64,000 nucleotides of DNA from a virus: IMG/VR virus record IMGVR_UViG_3300022932_000015, positions 30,210 to 94,209 of that record. The stretch is one strand, 5' to 3'. This document shows positions 45,776 through 57,400 of the stretch, piece by piece. Position numbers and translations under genes: made by a program. Position 1 is the first letter of the stretch, and every line of letters begins with the position of its first letter. The notes below the pieces were generated by a model, which did no database searches, had not been told where the DNA came from, and saw nothing but the letters and a program-made list of their open reading frames with translations.

Positions 45776-47566
45776 ATGAAAGGACATAGTATACATACAG
45801 CAAACTCTGGATCTACTGGAGGAGGAGGGGGAGGAACATCAGATGCTACAGCAGCAAATCAAGTTATAGGAAATAACAGTTTATCTAGTATTGATGGTAA
45901 ACTTCCAGCAACATTAGGATCTAAGACTTCAGCTCAAAGTCTTTCAGTAGTTCTGGCAAGTGATCAAGGAGCTATAACTGCTAACTTAGGTGCAACAACT
46001 GTTGTATCTACAAATAATAGCAGTACTACTCCATTGGGTATTAGTGGAGTTTTTACTGGTACTGCTGAAGATATCTCTCAATTTGCAGAGATTAGAGTTT
46101 CTGTATTTTCTGATGTAGCTAGTGCTACTGACGGATTGAATATTCAGTTGTCTTCTGATGGGACTAATTGGGATATAAATAATCAATATACAGTACCTGC
46201 AACAACAGGTAAAGAGTTTGGAGTAGGAAGTGGTCCAAGATTTTTTAGAATAGTTTATACTAATAGTGGAACTGCTCAAACAACTTTTAGATTACAAACA
46301 ACTTTACATAAGGTTATAACTAAACCTTCTTCTGTAAGACCTCAAGATAATAGACCAAATGATAATGATATGGAAGAAGGTCTTTCATATAATATGAGTT
46401 ATGATCCTATCAATAATGTGTGGAGCAGAATGCAAACACAAGATTTGGCAATAACTGGCCAGGGAGCACAAACCGCAGTCAGTCAAAATATTATTTTAGC
46501 AACTGCAGGTACAGGATCTACTGATTTTATAGGTTATAGATCAGTTGCTATTCAAATTACTCCAACGGGAACAGTAAGTTCAGGAGCTGTAACATTTGAG
46601 GGTTCAAATGATAATACTACTTTCGTACCTGTTCTTTTGTATGATGATGCCTCGTCAACAGCAAATCCAGTTAGTACATATAATCCATTAACAGGAACAT
46701 CAAGATTTTTTTCTGGACCTGTTCATTTCAGATATTTTAGAGCAAGAATTTCTACTATTATTGGTGGAGGTGGATCTTTACAAGCATTCACCATATTAAG
46801 ACAAACTGCTTTTCAACCAGACATTTATACTATTACTCAAGCTACGGCTGCTAATTTAAATGTCACAGCAACTGTAGCTTCAACCACTCTCACCTCTGTT
46901 GTTCCTGGAGTTGCTGCTACCAGTTTAGGTAAAGCTGAAGATGCTGTTGCTGCCACAGGAGATACTGGAGTATTTGTTTTAGGAGTAAGGAGAGATACTC
47001 AAACAGTTTCTGCTTCTGCAACTGGTGATTATAATGAGATGGCTGTTGATCAGTATGGAAATACTATGATGAGAAAATATGCAACTCAACGTAGAACATA
47101 TTCTGTAGGATTTCAAGTGACTCCTGCTGCAACTGCAACAGATGTTGTTGAAATTATAGGATCAGCAACAACTAATGTTCAAATAACTAAAATATTTGTA
47201 GGAGGTACAGCAACGCAAACAGGTTCTGCGGTAGTTAATTTAATTAGAAGATCAACAGCAGCATCTGCTGGAACGTCAACTAATCAGACAATAGTCCCAC
47301 ACGAAGCAACAGATGCTGTAGCAACAGCAGTAATTAAAGCTTATACTGTCAATCCTACTACAGGTACTTTAGTAGGACAAATACGAAGTTCTAGAATAGG
47401 ATTTGGATCATCTACAGCACCAACCACCCAATATGAATTCTCTTTTGGAGAGAATGGAAAACCAGTTATATTAGCTGGAGTAGCTCAAACATTATGCATA
47501 AACTTAGGTGGAGTGACTATCACAGGAGGAATAATGGATATATCAATAGAATTTACAGAAATTTAA
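45776..47566 (+). CDS. tail fibre / spike-like protein
   Basis: Thr/Ala/Gly-rich; two repeated lectin-like units (S.DG.NW...RFFRI / GSND..TF...RYFRA). Confidence 0.6.
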   Translation: MKGHSIHTANSGSTGGGGGGTSDATAANQVIGNNSLSSIDGKLPATLGSKTSAQSLSVVLASDQGAITANLGATTVVSTNNSSTTPLGISGVFTGTAEDISQFAEIRVSVFSDVASATDGLNIQLSSDGTNWDINNQYTVPATTGKEFGVGSGPRFFRIVYTNSGTAQTTFRLQTTLHKVITKPSSVRPQDNRPNDNDMEEGLSYNMSYDPINNVWSRMQTQDLAITGQGAQTAVSQNIILATAGTGSTDFIGYRSVAIQITPTGTVSSGAVTFEGSNDNTTFVPVLLYDDASSTANPVSTYNPLTGTSRFFSGPVHFRYFRARISTIIGGGGSLQAFTILRQTAFQPDIYTITQATAANLNVTATVASTTLTSVVPGVAATSLGKAEDAVAATGDTGVFVLGVRRDTQTVSASATGDYNEMAVDQYGNTMMRKYATQRRTYSVGFQVTPAATATDVVEIIGSATTNVQITKIFVGGTATQTGSAVVNLIRRSTAASAGTSTNQTIVPHEATDAVATAVIKAYTVNPTTGTLVGQIRSSRIGFGSSTAPTTQYEFSFGENGKPVILAGVAQTLCINLGGVTITGGIMDISIEFTEI

Positions 47567-47591
47567 TCAATATAAAAACCAATCAAAAATA

Positions 47592-48713
47592 ATGAAAAAA
47601 TTATTATCCCTATTAGTTTTATTAATATTCTACAAAAATGTTAATTCGCAATCTTATGTACCTTTAGAAGATACAATTAAATTTAGGTCAGTAAACTATA
47701 CCCCTAAATTAACGATATATAATGATAGGTATATTTATGTTGATACTCTTTTAAGCGAGAGAACTGAATTACCACCATTAGAGTGGGCTTGGATACAATC
47801 TAGACCAGACTTTAAATCTGTTGCTTATAGTGGTAATTATAATGATTTATCCTATTCACCTGATTTAAATCATCTTCCAAACTATTATGAGAAAGGAACT
47901 ATTGATACTATGTGTAAGAACATTCATTGGTTCCCTGATTGGAATGTATCAGGAGATATTCTAAATAAACCTTCAATAGTAACTCCAACAATTACTGGTA
48001 CTGGAATAACTACAGTAACAGGATCCTATCCAACTTTAGTTATTAGCACACCATCAATAACTTCAAGTCAAATTACAGCTGCTTTAGGTACTCCTGCTTT
48101 AACAGTAGAAATAGATGGTTCAGTTACAAATGAAATTGAACTACCAAATCAATCTGGAAATTCTGGTAAATTCCTGATTACTAATGGCTCAGCACCTTCT
48201 TGGTCTCCTGCTTTGATATCTGAAGTAGATGGCTCTATAACTAATGAAATTCAAACTATAAGCAGAAGTTCAAATACAGTTACATTATCTAATGGTGGAG
48301 GAAGTTTCACGTTGACTCCAGTAACAGATTCCCAAACATTGTCTATATCAGGAAATGTGCTATCAGTTAGTGGAGGAAACTCGATCACAATACCATCTAA
48401 TACAATTGTAGCAGCATATACAAATACTGCTTCCGTATCAGGAGGATCAGGCAACGCAGTATTCTATTTAACCTCAGATAAAACATCTACAGGAACTGCT
48501 CTCTATGCAAATGGAAATGTATTTCCAAATCCTATAGTAAATGATTCTAGTAATAATTATACTTATGGTTGGTCATATAATTCAAGTACAAGAGCTCTAA
48601 CAGTGAATGTTAAACAAAATGGTACAGCAATTTTAAGCTTAATAAATGTTCTTACAGGTCCTGCAAATGTGTCTAATGGTACAGTAGTTCAAGTAACAGT
48701 AAATGGAAATTAA
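47592..48713 (+). CDS. fibre-like protein with N-terminal signal-peptide-like leader
   Basis: MKKLLSLLVLLIF...NS-Q; E(I/V)DGS(V/I)TNEI repeated twice. Confidence 0.55.
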   Translation: MKKLLSLLVLLIFYKNVNSQSYVPLEDTIKFRSVNYTPKLTIYNDRYIYVDTLLSERTELPPLEWAWIQSRPDFKSVAYSGNYNDLSYSPDLNHLPNYYEKGTIDTMCKNIHWFPDWNVSGDILNKPSIVTPTITGTGITTVTGSYPTLVISTPSITSSQITAALGTPALTVEIDGSVTNEIELPNQSGNSGKFLITNGSAPSWSPALISEVDGSITNEIQTISRSSNTVTLSNGGGSFTLTPVTDSQTLSISGNVLSVSGGNSITIPSNTIVAAYTNTASVSGGSGNAVFYLTSDKTSTGTALYANGNVFPNPIVNDSSNNYTYGWSYNSSTRALTVNVKQNGTAILSLINVLTGPANVSNGTVVQVTVNGN

Positions 48714-48715
48714 AA

Positions 48716-49003
48716 ATGGCAGATTTAGAAAAACAGACTTTATCTTTAAAAACTGTAATTATATTAATAGTTGCATGTGTAGGTATAATTACTAGTGTTG
48801 TAATAACTTCACTTTTAACAGTAAGTTCTATAAAAGAAGAGATAAAAAGTGTAAAGACATATTCTGAAACAGAAATGAGAATTGTTAATCTAAGACTTGA
48901 TGCTTTAGAAAGACAAGATGTTATACATGATAAAACATTAGAATTAATAGCAAAATCTCTTTCTGATATATCTAAAGATAAAGAATATAAAAAATATAGA
49001 TAA
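48716..49003 (+). CDS. single-TM coiled-coil protein (holin/antiholin-like)
   Basis: One TM plus coiled coil in the lysis cluster. Confidence 0.45.
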   Translation: MADLEKQTLSLKTVIILIVACVGIITSVVITSLLTVSSIKEEIKSVKTYSETEMRIVNLRLDALERQDVIHDKTLELIAKSLSDISKDKEYKKYR

Positions 49004-49260
49004 TGGAAAAATATATAACTATAAAAAATATATGGAAAAGACTTAAATCAGATAGTCCTACCTTCTTCAAAAGATTGAGTATATGGTTAGCTGCTATAAG
49101 TGCAATGGGATTAGCTTTGATTGGATTTAAAGCAGAATATCCAGAGGCTTTAGCCTTTTTCCCAGATCAGTTGGGAGGATATATGTTGGCTGCTGGTACT
49201 TTTGGTATATTTTTATCAAAATTAACTGTTGCTGATCCTGAACAATCAAATATTAAATAA
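49003..49260 (+). CDS. holin
   Basis: Two TM segments, R...P.FFK motif, directly upstream of the putative endolysin. Confidence 0.6.
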   Translation: MEKYITIKNIWKRLKSDSPTFFKRLSIWLAAISAMGLALIGFKAEYPEALAFFPDQLGGYMLAAGTFGIFLSKLTVADPEQSNIK

Positions 49261-49267
49261 CTTAACT

Positions 49268-49723
49268 ATGAAAGCGGTTATTAAAGTAATTAGAGATAAT
49301 TATACAAAAAATTCTACTCAAGGTAAATTGTATTTAAATAATGAGTATATTTGTGAAACCTTAGAAGATGTTTGTAGAGATATTAATAAAGATGGTGATT
49401 TAGATGACAATGGAGAAGGTAAGATATATGGACAAACAGCAATACCAGCAGGTACTTATAAAATGTCGATTATAATGTCTCCACATTTTAAAACATATTT
49501 ATTCTTATTACATAATGTAAAAGGATTTACAAGTATAGAAATACATCCTGGGAATTGGATATCAGATACATTAGGTTGTATTTTAGTTGGATTAGAAAGA
49601 GGTATAGACATGATAAAAGTAGGAACTTCTAAAAAAGCTTTTGACTTTTTAATGTCAAAAGTTATAAAAGGTAAACAACCATTGTTTACAGAATATTCAA
49701 TAACAATAATAGATAAAAAATGA
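49268..49723 (+). CDS. DUF5675-like putative endolysin
   Basis: T.G.L......C.TLE, TAIPAGTY, IHPGN...DT.GCILVG. Confidence 0.75.
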   Translation: MKAVIKVIRDNYTKNSTQGKLYLNNEYICETLEDVCRDINKDGDLDDNGEGKIYGQTAIPAGTYKMSIIMSPHFKTYLFLLHNVKGFTSIEIHPGNWISDTLGCILVGLERGIDMIKVGTSKKAFDFLMSKVIKGKQPLFTEYSITIIDKK

Positions 49724-50121
49724 TAAATAAAATTCCAACTCTGCAGACAATTGGTAGTCAATATTTAAGAAGATTGACACCTGAGTTTATAAACAAACTA
49801 TTAGAATATCAGAAACCAATAGACTTGGTTGATGATGTAGTAATAAATTGGGATGTAAGAAAAGGTTACAATTCTAAAGTAATACTAAAAGGTAATAGAA
49901 CTCTAAATGTACAATTTTTAACTCCTGGAGATTACGGTACTATTGAATTTGTACAAGATGCTGTTGGTTCTAGAGCTATCACATTACCTTCAATTTCTAA
50001 AGTTTCTAATTCAGGTGGAGGTGCATTTACATTAACAACAACTGCTAATGCAATAGATATTGCAACATTTTATTACAATGGAACTACTTTGTATTGGAAC
50101 TTATCAACAGATTTTACATAA
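49720..50121 (+). CDS. tail-associated beta protein
   Basis: QD..GSR.IT.P...LTTTANAIDI motif typical of fibre domains. Confidence 0.55.
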   Translation: MINKIPTLQTIGSQYLRRLTPEFINKLLEYQKPIDLVDDVVINWDVRKGYNSKVILKGNRTLNVQFLTPGDYGTIEFVQDAVGSRAITLPSISKVSNSGGGAFTLTTTANAIDIATFYYNGTTLYWNLSTDFT

Positions 50122-50124
50122 GAT

Positions 50125-52035
50125 ATGATACCTAATAATCAATGGTGGTTCAATAAAGGACCATCTGCAAATAATTATATTAAAGCAACTGGTGGTACTA
50201 TTAGTCGTAATGGTAATTGGTTAATTCATACATTTACTTCAAATGATAATTTTACAATAACTAAATATCCTGAAAATGCTCTTTTATGGGTACTATGTAT
50301 TGGTGGTGGTGGAGCAGGTGCTGGATGGTATTCAGGTGGTTCAGGTGGTGCTGGAGGATATAGAAATATTCCAGGTCATACACCAAGTCTAGGTATGGGT
50401 ACATATCCAATAGTTGTTGGTACTGGAGGAATTGGAGGGATAAATGAAAATTCTGCAGCAGCTGATGGAACAAAAGGTGGTAACTCATCTTTTGATACTA
50501 TATCATCTGCAGGAGGCGGGGCAGGTATTCACTATACTGGATCTAATACTACATTACAAAATGGTGGATCAGGTGGGAGTGCTTATGGTGATTTAGTAGC
50601 TGGTAATAATCCAGCAACACTCCCACCTCAAGGATATGGTGGGGGGGTAGGAGGTTTTCTTAGTGGAAATATCTATCAGGGTTCAGGTGGAGGTGCTTTA
50701 AGAGCAGGTGATACAGGTATTATTTCTGGTGCTTTAGGTGGGTTAGGTGCTACAAATTATATGACTGGTTCAGCAATAGTTTATTCTACTGGTGGAGCAG
50801 GTAATTCAGTAGGTCAAACTGATGGTTTATCTGGCGTTAATCCTGGTGATGGTGGAGGTGGTAGTGGTACAGCAACTGGTCTTGGTGGTAATGGTGCTAA
50901 TGGTATCATACGTATAGCTTACTATTCTCCAATTACATCTCCCACTACAATAGGTAGTTTATATTCTTTCACTTATGCAGCAGCACAGTACGATACCACA
51001 GGTACAGTAACGACTACTTATACTCCTGGAGTATCTGTTAGACTTCAAAATACTAATCTTAACAATAATAATAATTTTATTTATGTAAACAATTACTTTA
51101 GTGATTGTGGTAATAGCATATATTCTACGGATGTTCAATTTAATTCTTTAGGAGCAACAGATTACGGAGCAAGCTTAAGAATTCATTCATTAGTAGCAGG
51201 AAGTATTATATTAAGAGTAGGTGCTGCTACAGGAGTTAATTTAGGAGTAGTCGAAGTATATTATAACAACATCTTACTTCTTACATTAGGTACGTTATCA
51301 ACGATTAATATTGGTGATATTATTAATTATGAAATTAAAATAATTGATAATTCAGTATATTTTAAAGTAATTCGATTAACAGAAGTAATAACAGGTAGCT
51401 ACACATTTGATTACAATTATACAGGTACTCCTAAATATATTCCACCTTCTTATACTTTAGGATTTGGTTCTAGTGGAGGTGATTATCTATTTACCAACAG
51501 TTCTTTTTCCACACTAGATAAAAGAGAATGTGATTTAATGGTTACGTTAGATTCTCGTCCTTATGGTTTATTTGTCACTGGTACTGATCCATCTAATAGA
51601 CTTGCTGGATTATGGCAAACCGCTAATCCAGATAAAAGAGTTTATAATAGTACTGGCCCAGGAGAGACATTATTAAACTTTATTAACAGATTACCTGAGA
51701 TAATTAATTATGCGCCACGCCAATTAGATATCATAGGAATTTTTAATGATGTCGCAGGAGGGAGAACTCCTGCACAAATAGTAGGTAATTTTAATACCAT
51801 TTTATATGAGCTTGAAAATAGAGGTATTATTTGTTGGATTCAAATTAGCCCAATATCAGGAATAGATCAATCTGCAGCTAATGCAGCTGTGGCTGCTTCA
51901 AGACCTGATATAATTATTCCTGAACCAGCAACTTGGAATCCAGTAACAGATCTAAGTCCTGATGGAGGACATTGGACTCCATCTGGTAATAACAAAATAT
52001 ATATTAATCAAACAACCTACATAAAATTACCTTAA
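50125..52035 (+). CDS. glycine-rich tail protein with C-terminal SGNH-hydrolase-like domain
   Basis: HTFT...GGGGAG...GII.IAY glycine-rich domain; blocks LDS, G, GIFND, DGGH. Confidence 0.65.
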   Translation: MIPNNQWWFNKGPSANNYIKATGGTISRNGNWLIHTFTSNDNFTITKYPENALLWVLCIGGGGAGAGWYSGGSGGAGGYRNIPGHTPSLGMGTYPIVVGTGGIGGINENSAAADGTKGGNSSFDTISSAGGGAGIHYTGSNTTLQNGGSGGSAYGDLVAGNNPATLPPQGYGGGVGGFLSGNIYQGSGGGALRAGDTGIISGALGGLGATNYMTGSAIVYSTGGAGNSVGQTDGLSGVNPGDGGGGSGTATGLGGNGANGIIRIAYYSPITSPTTIGSLYSFTYAAAQYDTTGTVTTTYTPGVSVRLQNTNLNNNNNFIYVNNYFSDCGNSIYSTDVQFNSLGATDYGASLRIHSLVAGSIILRVGAATGVNLGVVEVYYNNILLLTLGTLSTINIGDIINYEIKIIDNSVYFKVIRLTEVITGSYTFDYNYTGTPKYIPPSYTLGFGSSGGDYLFTNSSFSTLDKRECDLMVTLDSRPYGLFVTGTDPSNRLAGLWQTANPDKRVYNSTGPGETLLNFINRLPEIINYAPRQLDIIGIFNDVAGGRTPAQIVGNFNTILYELENRGIICWIQISPISGIDQSAANAAVAASRPDIIIPEPATWNPVTDLSPDGGHWTPSGNNKIYINQTTYIKLP

Positions 52036-52051
52036 TTAATCATAAAAAATA

Positions 52052-52651
52052 ATGCTTGATAAAATTAAAAAGAATTTATATTTCATATTTATAACTATAG
52101 TATTAGTAATAATTTTCTTTTGGGGAAAATCTTGTGGATCTTCTTCTAAACAAGAAGACTATAAACCTACAATAAGAACTGTAATAAAACACAAAACAGA
52201 TACTATTAGAGATACTCTTAAAATTACAGAAATTAAATATAAAGGACCAAGAGAATATACAATTGTTGAATATATAAAAGACACTGCTTTTTATAATAAT
52301 CTTTCAAAAAGAATCTATTATGATACTTCTAGAACTAAAGAAGTAGTAATATATTCCACAGATACAGTTGCAGGAGTATTATTTGGTAAAAAATTATCAT
52401 ATAAATTATTAGTACCATTAAAAATAATTGATACTGTAACAGTTGAAACTACGAAAGATAGTCTTATATTTGTACCTAATAAATATGAAATACATGCAGG
52501 ATTGATAGCTAGTCCTAAAATGTTAGCTCCTACGCTTGAGTTTAGTATTAATAGAAGTGTTTATGGTGTTGGCTATGATCCATTTAATAAACAACCAGTA
52601 ATAAGTTACAAATATAGATTATTTAGTTGGACTCCTAAAAAAAGAAAATAA
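52052..52651 (+). CDS. membrane-anchored protein, possibly spanin-like
   Basis: N-terminal TM with KSC, DT-repeat stalk, beta-rich C-terminus. Confidence 0.45.
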   Translation: MLDKIKKNLYFIFITIVLVIIFFWGKSCGSSSKQEDYKPTIRTVIKHKTDTIRDTLKITEIKYKGPREYTIVEYIKDTAFYNNLSKRIYYDTSRTKEVVIYSTDTVAGVLFGKKLSYKLLVPLKIIDTVTVETTKDSLIFVPNKYEIHAGLIASPKMLAPTLEFSINRSVYGVGYDPFNKQPVISYKYRLFSWTPKKRK

Positions 52652-53331
52652 TGCCTACATTAAATCAATTAATATCTGATCAAAGAAATATTGCGGATTC
52701 TGGAGAGAATAATTATTCCTTTAGAATTCCTGATATTCAAATAGCTTATTGGAATCATCAAATAAGATCTAAACTTATTTCACAGGATATAAGTAAGAGA
52801 AAAGATATAACTGATTCTTGGGTGCAGGTAATAACTTGTGTAGCTATAGTTCAGGTAGATGCCTCTGAATGTTGTACTATAACAACAAATTGTTACAATC
52901 TCAGAACTGAGTTAAAAATACCTAAAACTATAGAAACTTATGGTGATAATCTTATATTGAGAGTAACAACCCCCAATGGAAATATTATTGCAAAAAGTAA
53001 CCCTTTTAAGGCTAACTATAATAAATACAATAAATACACCTCTGATAAACCTACTTGGTATATAAAGAATGGTTATATCTATATAACTTCATTTGACCTC
53101 TTAGAAACAATAAATATTTATGGAATATTTGATAATCCAGAAGAATTATCTATCTTTACACAATGTGGAAATTGTTTTAGTTGGGAAGATGAATATCCAG
53201 TTAGTATGAAGATGGCTAGTGATATAACAGATATAGTTGTGAAAACAAAAATATTACCATTCTTACAGTTTCCGCAAGACACTAGTAATGATTCACTATC
53301 ACAAAACCAAATAGGAGGAAAAATTCAATAG
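52651..53331 (+). CDS. tail ring protein
   Basis: Y..NGYIY...GIF.NP.E...YP; crAss-like tail module synteny. Confidence 0.55.
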   Translation: MPTLNQLISDQRNIADSGENNYSFRIPDIQIAYWNHQIRSKLISQDISKRKDITDSWVQVITCVAIVQVDASECCTITTNCYNLRTELKIPKTIETYGDNLILRVTTPNGNIIAKSNPFKANYNKYNKYTSDKPTWYIKNGYIYITSFDLLETINIYGIFDNPEELSIFTQCGNCFSWEDEYPVSMKMASDITDIVVKTKILPFLQFPQDTSNDSLSQNQIGGKIQ

Positions 53332-53811
53332 ATGTTTGTAATAAAGAAAAGGAAAGAAGGAAAGTTTAAAACAGATAATAGTCTGAAAGAATTTTACGAA
53401 GAATATAGAAGAGGAAAGTTATCCTACAACTATAAAATCTACAGTGAAGTTATAAGAGAATTTAATCTTCTTATTATTGATAAATTAATTTCAGAAGCTA
53501 GAACATTGAAACTACCCTATAATCTAGGGTATTTAGGTGTAATAAAGTATGAGGTTAATTTTGATTTAGAGAATCAAAAGAACTGGCTAGTAAATTATGC
53601 TAAGTCTAAGGAACTAGGACATATAGTTTATCATGATGAACCATTCAGATATAGATGGTATTGGGATAAGCAAAATATGAAATTAAAAGGGAAAAGATAT
53701 TATAAGTTTATACCATCAAGATTCTCTCAAAGAGAGATTGCTGCAAATAAATTGAGAAACCCGAATATAGATTATTATACAAAATTAAGTATTAGAGAAG
53801 ATGATAAATAA
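53332..53811 (+). CDS. IHF/HU-like protein
   Basis: KLP..LG.L...VNY.KS....YKF.P.R; position before the tubular and stabilisation genes. Confidence 0.6.
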   Translation: MFVIKKRKEGKFKTDNSLKEFYEEYRRGKLSYNYKIYSEVIREFNLLIIDKLISEARTLKLPYNLGYLGVIKYEVNFDLENQKNWLVNYAKSKELGHIVYHDEPFRYRWYWDKQNMKLKGKRYYKFIPSRFSQREIAANKLRNPNIDYYTKLSIREDDK

Positions 53812-54499
53812 ATTCAAATCTATAAAATCTATACTAGCTGGTCTTTATAGAGACTTAGGTGTAAATACAGAACTTAATGAATCAGATTTATATGAATGGT
53901 GTGCTGAAGCTCTAATGCTTATTGGTTCTTATCCACAATATACTGAAGAGACTGTTATGTTAGATGTAGATAATCATACTTGTGGATTACCTAATAACTT
54001 TCTTTATATCAAAGGAGCGACAGTTAATGGTAAGCCTCTAGCTTGGAATAATAAGTCAATAGCTAGTAATTACAATTGTCCTGAATGTAAAATTCCAACC
54101 TGTTGTACAGAGCACAATTTTTATATTAGAGATTGTAATATATATACATCATTGAATTGTGGTAAATTATGTTTTACTTACTTAGGTATTCCTGTAGATG
54201 AAGATGGTTATCCTCTGATGCCAGATGATGTATATTTTGATAAAGCTTTAAAATCTTATTGTACATATATGTTAGACAGAATACAATTTAGAAAAGGTAC
54301 TCTACCTCAGCAAGTTTTCACAATGTCTGAGAGAGATTGGTTGTGGTATGTCAATAGTGCTAGAGGTAGTGCTTATATGCCTGATACTGCAACAATGAAT
54401 AGATTAAAAAATATTTGGGTTAGACTTATTCCTCAGCAAAGAGCCTATGAAAATAATTTTAATAGCTTAGGTCAACCTGAACAAAGACGTATACACTAA
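53801..54499 (+). CDS. tail tubular/ring protein (P22 gp4-like)
   Basis: Y..IPVDEDGYPL.PD; W.WY...A; precedes the muzzle gene. Confidence 0.65.
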   Translation: MINKFKSIKSILAGLYRDLGVNTELNESDLYEWCAEALMLIGSYPQYTEETVMLDVDNHTCGLPNNFLYIKGATVNGKPLAWNNKSIASNYNCPECKIPTCCTEHNFYIRDCNIYTSLNCGKLCFTYLGIPVDEDGYPLMPDDVYFDKALKSYCTYMLDRIQFRKGTLPQQVFTMSERDWLWYVNSARGSAYMPDTATMNRLKNIWVRLIPQQRAYENNFNSLGQPEQRRIH

Positions 54500-57400
54500 T
54501 GGAAAGTATAACAAACTTTAATGATGGAATGAATTCTGATTTATCAAAATTGATTCCTAGAAAAAACTCTTATGTACAAGCTCTAAACTTTAGAGGGGTT
54601 ACAGAGTTAGGAGAATCTAATGGATCTTTGGTAAATATTAAAGGGAATGAATGTAAAATATCTTTTCCTATCACACAAGATATATTTAAATTACAAGTAA
54701 CAAATATGGGGGGTAATACCAATGACTCCCTAACTATTACTGTAAATGGTAGTTCTACTAGTTCAATAACTATAACTGCAGGTACTTCTGGAATACAGAT
54801 ATATAATTTACTAAAGGCTTTACCTAATTGTTATCAAACAACTAATGGAACTCCAACTACACCAACTTTTGCTGTTGGCTATGGAAAAGATTATGTAATA
54901 ATTTATCAACAGCCTGAATATAAGGATTGTGGTCCTGCAGTACAATCTGTTTTTCCAAACACAGTAGTTAATAGATCCACTTTAGGTGAGGGACAAACTA
55001 GAGGTTATACTCTAATGTTTATTGACACAGCCAAGAATCCACAACCTACTCAAAATAATGGGTCTTATGTGCTAACACATAATAACCTTTATATAATAGG
55101 TTCTACATTTATAGGTGAAGATATATATTTGTTAACTGCTGACGAAGAGGTAGGAATTATTCCAGCTAATGACTCCTTTACAGGAACCAGCCACATATGG
55201 AAATTGAGTATAGATGATATTACTAAACAACATACTTTAACATTATTATATACAAATTACTTAGATCTTACAAGATTCCATCCAGTAGCTCCTTCTGCAA
55301 TTACTGGTAGATATGAAAGTTCTGACATTAAAAGAATTTATTGGACTGATTTTTATTCTAAGATTAGAACGTTAAATGTAGCAGATCCTCAGCTAATGGC
55401 TTATGATCCAATACTCCTTAGTGTTACTCCTAGAGTGAATTTTACACAAGCAATATTACAAGGTATTGGAAGTGGAAGTTTAGATGCTGGATGCTATCAA
55501 CTTAGCTATAGGATGTCAAAAACATTAGGAGCAGTAACCAATATATCAGCAGAATCAGCTCCAGTGTATTTAACTGCTACTCCAGAATCAAATACTTTTG
55601 AAAACTATTATGGAGCTTCTGGTCCAACTGGTAAAAGTATTATCTGGCAGCTTGATAATCTAGACACAAACTATGATCAGATAGAATTTATAGTAACCTA
55701 TAGAAATTATGCATCTATAACACCAACAATAAAATCTTTAGGAACAGTTACATTGTTAAGTAGCATGACTGTAACTTATGCTGATGCAGCAAATGAAGAT
55801 TATGAACCAGTTAATTTAGAAGAATACTTGTTGCTAGCAAATGTATTTACTCATGCTAAAACTGTAGATACTAAAGATAATAGATTATTTTGGGGAAATA
55901 TTAAGGTAGTTCAGAAAGAGTTAGAATCATTTGATTCTAGAGCTTTCAGAGCTAACGATTTAGGACAAATCAAATTGACAAACAATGGTATATCTGGTAT
56001 CTTCACTCCAAGTACTGCTCAGGCAACTCTCTTTACTGAAGATACCATAAATGAATACTATACCTCTTCAGGAGACTATTCAGCTAATGCATGTTATCTC
56101 AAACCTTCAACAGCTACAACAACTAAAATATTAGGTGGAGAAGGAAAATATATATCTTATGAGTTTGGTACACAAAGTATTCAGACAGATGGTAATTTTA
56201 AAATAACATCTGGTTCAAATTATGATATTGCTAATTTACCACTAGCTACATTACTAAGGCCAAATAATCCAGCTATATCTGATATTGATTTAACTTATCA
56301 CTATCCTCAAAATGGTAAGTGGACATCATTAAAACAACCTGAGAGAACTTCTATATTAAGAGGTTTTCAACATGAAGAAATATATAGATTTGGAATTCAG
56401 TTTTTTGATTTAGAAGGTAATCCATATTTTACTAAGTGGATTGGTGATATAAAAATGCCTAGCTATGGTGATATTAATAATAATCCTGATGGTGATGCAT
56501 TAGGTAATGGCATTAATGACTTTAGATTATCTTACGGAGCAGCTAGTAATACAGCTCAATATGCACAGATATTGTATGTAAAATTCACAGTAGATGTTTC
56601 TAGTCTAGAAGGATTAATTGGAGGATATCAAATTGTAAGAGTTAAGAGAGAAGGTTCTAATAGAACTATTTGGGGGTGTGGAATGTTGAATCCCTTCTGG
56701 CCATTAGGTGGTAATGATTTGACAGCAACTTCTGCTGTATTACCTGCTAGTTGGGATGGAAAAAGAGGAGATTTTGTTACTCCTGGACCAGTTAACAATC
56801 CTAATACAAGATATTATTCTCCAGCGCCAACTCAAAGGTCTGTAGAAACATTAAATGTAGATAGCTCTTATGGAGATTTTGATAAATATAAAATGTTTGA
56901 TTGTTGGGATACTGATGCAGGTCTAAGACCAGGATTCTCAGCAGGAGATAAAATATTAATTAGAGGTAGATTAAAGTGTATTAATTACAATGCTGATGGA
57001 GCATATAGAGCTTTCTTTGGTACTAAGAATAATGATTCCTCTGGTAATCCAGTTCCTCCAGATAATCAAAGAATTAATTATCTAGGAACCACACCTCCAT
57101 TTACAACAGATTCTAATAATGATTCAGGAGCACAAGAACCATTTTTCATTATGAAAATGAATTATGAAGCTTCTTATGCTAACTATCAGGCTTTTTTAAC
57201 TTCTGGGTTTGCTCAAGATTTTACTTTGGCTAAGGGAGAATACTTATTAGGTAATACTGCTACAGTTTCTTCTGTTGGAGGAAAACTAATAAAAAACTAT
57301 GGAGAAGATGCTGATACTGGATCAATTGGAGTTACAGGTAATCCATCCTATGGTAAACAAACTTTATTTGTAGAATTTACAACACCATTACATGAGACTA

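Noticed and set aside
50300-50900. GGT/GGA repeats as a repeat array or CRISPR
   Set aside because: Explained by glycine codons; no repeat-spacer periodicity noticed anywhere in the window.
44429-52035. Tail fibre genes as additional DGR targets
   Set aside because: No adenine-only match to TR1 or TR2 seen by eye; a masked-adenine pattern search would be needed to exclude it fully.
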